A DNA stretch of 64,000 nt, taken from the NCBI RefSeq assembly GCF_009914755.1, contig NC_060947.1. One strand, given 5' to 3'. Position numbers and translations under genes: made by a program. This DNA comes from the human T2T-CHM13v2.0 reference genome, Homo sapiens. Under the pieces are notes generated by a model. It was not told where the DNA came from. It saw nothing but the letters and a program-made list of their open reading frames with translations, and did no database searches. Position 1 is the first letter of the stretch. The number at the start of each line of letters is the position of its first letter. Shown piece after piece: positions 57,463-64,000 of this stretch.

Positions 57463-58243
57463 TATGAAGTGGCAAGGATAGTAGATGTGCATATGTGTGT
57501 ATGGTTTGTATTAAGGCTGAAGTTTAACATACAGAACAGGAATTAGTTTAACCACTCAAAATAGGAAGTCAGGATTCTGTTTATAATTCTAACTAAAGAT
57601 AACCAAATAATGATTTTAGTAAAATTTTATATCTTTTCTAGAGATGTTGGTAAAATTTTATAGTCTGAGCTTCAGTGGATCTCTACTAAGATAAGCAAGA
57701 TATTTAAAATGTAATTTTGAAAAGTCAGATACTGATAATGAAGGATAAATTACCTTACTTAAATACATAATTGACCTTATAACAGAAAACCAAATATGAC
57801 TATAATTTTTAAATTGTCCATATGTCCCCTTCCTTCTCTCTTTAAACTTAGCATCTGCTCATTAATTAATTTCACTCACTTCTATTAAGTGTATCATGTG
57901 CTCTGGCACTGTACTATTATTGCTTTTGAGTCTTAAGTAAGCAGAAGAAAAGCTTTCTTACATGGAATGGCCCACTGTTTTACATGGAAACAGAAGTCCT
58001 GCAACAGGTGCAGAACTTTTCCTAGGTGCTGTCTAGTATATATTTCTCCCTTAAGGTATTCTTGTAAGGGAAAAAGATAATTGATAATTAGTCTGAATGA
58101 ACCCAAGGGTGGAAAAGGACCCTGCTTTAAGCCCTAATATGACTAAACCTTGCAGAGAAAATAATGAAAAAGATTTAAAAAATACAGCTATAGGTAACAA
58201 GACAGATGACAGCATGATTTAAGTGTATTGAAAACAATAAGGG

Positions 58244-58281
58244 ACCTACTGCTAAGTAATGCACCTACTGCTAAGTAACGC
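58244..58281. repeat. 19-bp tandem duplication
   Basis: acctactgctaagtaatgc / acctactgctaagtaacgc (one mismatch). Confidence 0.92.
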
Positions 58282-58708
58282 ATCGAAAATTGGGTGCTGC
58301 CAAAAATGGCCAGTTGTGTGCTTTGAACTTAATCTGATAGGTAGTAAGACATACATAAGCAAACACAATATTTTAGAGTCTATAGAAATTTGATGTTGTA
58401 AGTAAATTGAGAGTCGTATATTCCATCTTCAACTCAGTCAAGCACCCTTGCCTACACATTGTCCTTTCCTTAATTCTACTCTAATGACAAAAGTACCAGA
58501 CAACACGTATCCTGAATGATGTCTTTTATTGTTTTAAAAATTGCATGTATATTGCATAAGCACGTATTTTAGTAAACATAAGACACACAATATGATTTTA
58601 AAAACTCCCTCGGTGCTGTTGCTTTCACTCAAAGCAGTTATTATTAAGGGAATTGATTATTTTGTTGAATTTAATTTAAAATGTTAATTATGTATCATTT
58701 ATTGGGGT

Positions 58709-59265
58709 TGACAAAGTTCAGGATATTCTACTCCAAAATATGATACCTTGGCATACTGAATATTTTCAGCTGAAGTAATTTGAGAAAACAGCAGAAGCAG
58801 GAAGGTCAGTCTCAACTCCTCCCCACCTCTCCTTGTTACTTGAAGCATGCCATAAAACCTAGGAAGGATTTTCTGACTGTTCCCTGAAGCAGGTCATAAG
58901 ACACTCAATAGAAAGGTGCCCTTCTTATACCCAGAGGAAAAGAACATTTTTATATCTGAAGATGAAGGGTCACAGAGAAGGAGTTGAACCAGCAGGTCTT
59001 GCTAAGTTTCCTTCAGTCACCATTAGATCTACCCCACTTTGTCCATTTATTTCTCCATAATTATTCACTCTTCATCAAACATAAGCATAAAAATACACAA
59101 GTTTACCTATTTTTATGGGTCTTCATTTCCTTATTACAGTCCCCATGTCATATGAAAGTTGTACTGAACAGATTTGTATGCTTTTTTCTTGTTAGTCTTT
59201 TGCTATGGTGCCTAAGACATGAGATTAATATGGGTGAGAAAAAGATATTTCTCCTCCCCTCCACA
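58709..59265 (+). mobile_element. ERV1 solo LTR, MER34 family
   Basis: tactccaaaatatgataccttggcatactgaatattttcagctgaag...ccctgaagcaggtcataagac...tttctcctcccctccaca; TG...CA termini. Confidence 0.75.
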
Positions 59266-60467
59266 GTAAACTTGATATACTTGGACTTACTTGGATGTAT
59301 ATGTCATGACACCAGAAGTAGACATGAATAGAATTTTTAATACTTTTGTATTAGAAAAATGCACAGGAGACATCTGGAATTTCAACAAATATCAGACTAT
59401 GCATAAATATGTAACCCAGAATTCATTTGGGTTTCCTAGGTGTTATTGTCAATTAATGGCATTTATGTAATTAAACTGAGTTTATGAACTGTCATAAGAA
59501 AGAAGTAGTAAAGAAGTGTATTTAGGGTCATACCTCTGAAGGTAAGAACACCAAGTGGGCTACAATAATAACAATTAATCTTATATATTATCCTAGCAAT
59601 TACTTTGGATTGTGTTGATCTCTGTTATACTGAAATGGAAGCCAAAGCTTAAAAGGAAAACAAAATGTGACCTGAATTTGGAGGAATATGGACAGACCTT
59701 AGATGGAATCAGAGCCATAGGATCTTCCTCCATGTAATGAATGACCAAACCATGCGGCTATTCTGGATGGCTGTGGATCAAGTCAGCTTGCATATAGTAC
59801 TAAAACCATTATAATTTTGAAAAATATATCTAGGAAAGTATGAAAAAGTGATTGAGTTTATAAATCAAAACTTGCTAAAAGATTTTTCTATGTATAAAGA
59901 CATAAACTATTTAAATAATCACTGCTTGACTCATTTTAAACATTTTTATGAACTTCTTGAGAGTTCAGGTTTAGGTACACAAAGAGATATCAACTTCAAC
60001 ATTTCAGCTCTTTCTCTCCCCTCCTCCTCCATTCTTTTCCTCTCCCTTCCTTCCTACTATCCCTTCTTCTGCTTGCATCTACTTGTGCATTGGAGACAGT
60101 CTAAGCAAAATGATTCCCAACAAAACATTACACTTAAACAATCTTTGGAAGACTAAAGATTTTTTAAAAACAATAAACCACAAGATGTTATAAATTATGG
60201 GAAATTACATAGGAGAATGGAGTACAAACAGTTACATTTCAGAGCCGTTTTTACTTGATAATTATACTTAATGACAATGTTTTGATAGCTAGTTTTTTAA
60301 AAAAACAATTTTATTCTCTTTTATTATGGAGTGTGAACATGCTTTTCCTCTTGGTATTCTCCAGTGTCAGCCTTGTTTTTAGTGCTGAATAATGTCAAAG
60401 ATTAAATTTTCTTTTTAGAAACCATTTTTTTCCAATAATTTCTTCTAATTTACAAGATCTTGAATGG

Positions 60468-60712
60468 TTTTTTTAGAAGTTTTATTTTAGATTCAGGGAG
60501 TACATGTGCAGTATGTTACCTGGGTATATTGCATGATGTTTGGGGTACAAATGATCTCATCACCCAGGTCCTGAACATGGTACTGAATAGTTTTTCAACT
60601 TTTGCCTCCCTCCCTCCCTCCCCACTCTGGTAGTCCTCAGTGTCTGTTGTTGCCATATGTATGTTCATGAGTGCCCAATGTTTAGCTCTCACTTATAAGT
60701 AAGAACATGTGG
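60468..60712 (-). mobile_element. L1 (L1PA16/L1PB-like) 3' end, left part
   Basis: ttttattttagattcagggagtacatgtgcag...tttagctctcacttataagtaagaacatgtgg; continues after the THE1 element. Confidence 0.85.
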
Positions 60713-62964
60713 TGATATTCTTTGGCTGTGTCTCCACACAAATCTCATCTCGAATACCCATGCATTGTGGGAGGACCTGGTGGGAGGTAATTGAATCATG
60801 GGGGCAGGACCTTCCCATGCTGTGCTCCTGATAGTGGGTAAGTCTCATGAGATCTGATGGTTTTAAAAAGAGGAGTTCCCCTGCACAAGCTCTCTCTGCC
60901 TGCTGCCATCCACGTAAGATGTGACTTGCCCCTCCTTGCCTTCTGCCACGATTGTGAGGCCTCTCCAGCCATGTGGAGCTGTTAAGTCCAGTAAGCTTCT
61001 TTCTTCTGTAAATTGCCCAGTCTCAGGTATGTCTTTATCAGCAGTGTGAAAACAGACTAATACAGTAAATTGGTACCAGTAGAGTGGGGTGCTGCTGAAA
61101 AGATACCCAAAAATGTGGAAGCAACTTTGGAACTGGGTGACAGGCAGAGGTTGGAACAATTTGGAGGGCTCAGAAGAAGACAGGAAAGTGTGGGAAAGTT
61201 TGGAACTCCCTAGAGACTTGTTGAATGGCTTTGACTAAAATGCTGATAGTAATATGCACAATAAAGTCCAGGCTGAGGTGGTCTTAGATAGAGATAAGAA
61301 ACTTGTTGGGAACTGGAGAAAAGTTGACTCTTGTTATCTTTTAGCAAAGAGACGGATGGCACTTTTCCCCTGCTCTAGGGATTTGTGGTACTTTGAACTT
61401 TAGAGAGATGACTTAGGGTATCTGGTGGAAGAAATTTCTAAGCAGCAAAGCATTCAGGATGTGACTTGGGTGCTGTTAAAGACATTCAGTTTTATAAGGA
61501 AAGCAGAGCATAAGAGTTCTGAAAATTTGCAGTCTGACAATTTGATAGAAAAGAAATTCCCATTTTCTGAGGAGAAATTCAGCCAGCTGCAGAAATTTGC
61601 ATAATTAACTAGGAGCCAAATGTTAATCACCAAGACAATGGGGAAAATATCTCCAGGGCACACCAGGAGGCTTTATGGCAGCCCCTCCTATCACAAGCCT
61701 GGAGGCCTATGAGGGAAAAATGGTTTCATGGGCCAGGCCCAGGGTTCCCATGCTGAGTGCTGCCTAGGGACTTGGTGCCCTGTGTCCCAGCTGCTCCAGT
61801 CATGGCTGAAAGGGGCCAAGGTAGAGTTTGGGCCATGGCTTCAGAGGGTGCAATCCCCAAGCCTTGGTAGCTTTCACTTGTTGTTGAGTCTGTGGGTGCA
61901 CAGAAGTCAGTAAGTGAGGTTTGGAAACCTCTGCCTAGACTTCAGAAGATGTATGGAAATGCCTGGATGTCCAGGCAGAAGTTTGCTGCAGGAGCAGCAC
62001 CCTCATGAAGAACCTCTGCTAAAGCAGTGTGGTAGGGAAATGTGGGGTCGGCACCCACACACAGAGTCCCTACTAGGGCACCATCTAGTGGAGCTGTGAG
62101 AAGAGGGTTACAGTCCTTCAGACCTTAGAATGGTAGATCCACTGACAGCTTTCACTGTGTGCCTGGAAAAGCCACAAACACTCAACACCAGCCCACGAAA
62201 GCAGTTGGGAGGGATGCTGTACCCTGCCAAGTCACAGGGGCAGAGCTTTCCAAGACTATGGGAACTACCTCTTGCATCAGTGTGACCTGGATGTGAGACA
62301 TGGAGTCAAAGGATATCATTTTGGAGTCTTAAGATTTGACTGCCCTGCTGGATTATAGACTTGCATGGGGCCTGTAGCCTCTTTGTTTTGGCCAATGTCT
62401 CCCATTTGGAATGGCTGTATTTACTGAATGCCTGTTCCCCCATTGTATCTAGGAAGTAACGAACTTGCTTTTGATTTTACACACTCATAGGCAGAAGGGA
62501 CTTGCGTTTTCATGGATGAGAATTTGGACTGTGGACTTTTGAGTTAAAACTTTGAGGGACTGTTGGGAAGGCTTGATTGTTTTTTAAATATGAGGACATG
62601 AGATTTGAGAGGGGCCAGGGGTGGAATGATATGGTTTGGCTGTGTCCACACCCAAATCTCATCTTGAATTTCCATGTGTTGTGGGGGAACTGGGTGGAAG
62701 GTAATTGAATCATGGGGGCAGGCTTTTCCCATGCTGCTCTCATGATAGTGAATAAGTACCACAAGATCTGATGGTTCTATAAGGGGGAGGTTCCTAGCAC
62801 AAGCTATTCCTTTGCCTGCTGCCATCCACGTAAGATGTGATGTGCACCATGATTGTGAGGCTTCCCCAGCCATATGGAACCATAAGTCCATTAAATTTCT
62901 TTCTTTTGTAAGTTGCCCAGTTTTGAGTATGTCTTTATCAGCAGTGTGAAAATGGACTAATACA
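60713..62964 (+). mobile_element. Full-length THE1A MaLR element: 5' LTR 60713-61064, internal 61065-62626, 3' LTR 62627-62964
   Basis: Both LTRs TGATA...GACTAATACA with gccatccacgtaagatgtga; internal starts gtaaattggtaccagtagagtgggg and ends with purine tract gaggggccaggggtggaa; 5-bp TSD tgtgg/tgtgt. Confidence 0.93.
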
Positions 62965-62969
62965 TGTGT

Positions 62970-64000
62970 TATTTGGGTTTATGTACTTGTATTATTTTAC
63001 TTAGGGTAATGGGCTCCAGTTGCATTCATTTCATAGCAAAGGACATAATTTCCTTTCTTTTATGGCTGTGTAGTATTCTACAGTGTATACATAACACACT
63101 TCCTTTATCCAGTTCATCATTGATGGGCACCTAGGTTGATTCCATGTCTTGTTATTGTGAATATTGCTGCAACGAACATGCTGTTGGCATGTGTCTTTTT
63201 GGTAGAAAAATTTATATTTCTTTGAGTATATACCCAGTAATGGGATTGCTGTGTCAAATGATAATTCCATTTTACATTCTTTGAGAAATCTCCAAGCTTC
63301 TTCACACAGTGGCTGAATTACTTTACATTCCCACCACCAGTGTATAAGCATTCCCTTTTCTCCATAGCCTCACCAGCATCTGTTGTTTTTTGTCTTTTTC
63401 ATAATAGTTGCTCTGACTGTTGTGAGATAGAGATAGTATCTTATTGTGGTTTTGATTTGCATTTTTCTGATTAGTGATATGGAGCATTTTTTCCATACCA
63501 CTGGTATGAGATGGTATCTCATTTTGGTTTTGATTTTCATTTTCTGATGATTAGTGATATGGAGCATTTGTTCATGTTTGTTGGCTACCTGTATGTCTTC
63601 TTAAGAGAAGTGTATGTTCATGTCCATTGTCTATTTTTAATGGGGTTGTTATTAGGTTTTTGCTTGTTGATTTGTTTGACTTTCTTATAGATTCTTGATA
63701 TTAGTCCTCTGATAGATTCTTGATATTAGTCCTCTGTGAGATGCATAGTTTGCAAATATTTTCTCCTATGCTGGAGTTTTTGTTTTTCCTCTGCTGATAG
63801 TTTCTTTTGTTGTGCAGAAGATCTTTAGTTTAATCAGTTCCCACTTGTGAATTTTTGTTTTTGATGTAATCACTTTTGAGAATGCAGCCATAAATTATAT
63901 CCCAAGGCCAATTTCCAGAATGGTGTTTTCTAGGTTTTCTTCTAGGATTCTTATAGTTAGAGGTTTTACATTTAAACCTTCAACTTATCTTGAGTTAATT
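62970..64000 (-). mobile_element. Continuation of the L1 interrupted by THE1A (ORF2 3' region), runs off the window
   Basis: Peptides ELSFDTAIPLLGIYSK and MQIKTTIRYYL; resumes at tatttgggttt directly after the TSD. Confidence 0.9.
63687..63736. repeat. Perfect 25-bp tandem duplication within L1
   Basis: atagattcttgatattagtcctctg x2. Confidence 0.96.

Overview
AT-rich primate (most likely human) genomic DNA from inside the protocadherin-11 gene (PCDH11X, or its near-identical paralogue PCDH11Y in the X-transposed region), transcribed on the + strand. The only coding sequence I can support is one 199-nt internal exon (9939-10137, AG/GTAAGT, phase 0 to 1). It encodes the cytoplasmic segment [14 protein letters not shown]...GDGNSDPES with the delta-1 protocadherin RRVTF (PP1-binding, CM3) motif. 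The rest is intron, densely filled with Alu, L1, L2, MIR, ERV/MaLR LTR and hAT DNA-transposon relics plus microsatellites; all other ORF-track entries are repeat-derived or chance ORFs. I found no evidence for a new multi-gene biological system. The observations most worth checking are structural: a perfect 39-bp-arm hairpin at 19106-19192; two neighbouring inverted AluYs sharing the same 4-nt duplication; an L1 internal fragment without poly(A) or TSD and with a scrambled end; an orphan L1 5' end; several deletion junctions; a ~390-bp purine-rich composite triplet tract; and a CCAAT/TATA/donor-site cluster in unique intronic sequence. Repeat subfamily names come from remembered consensus sequences, not from a search; boundaries of old elements are approximate.
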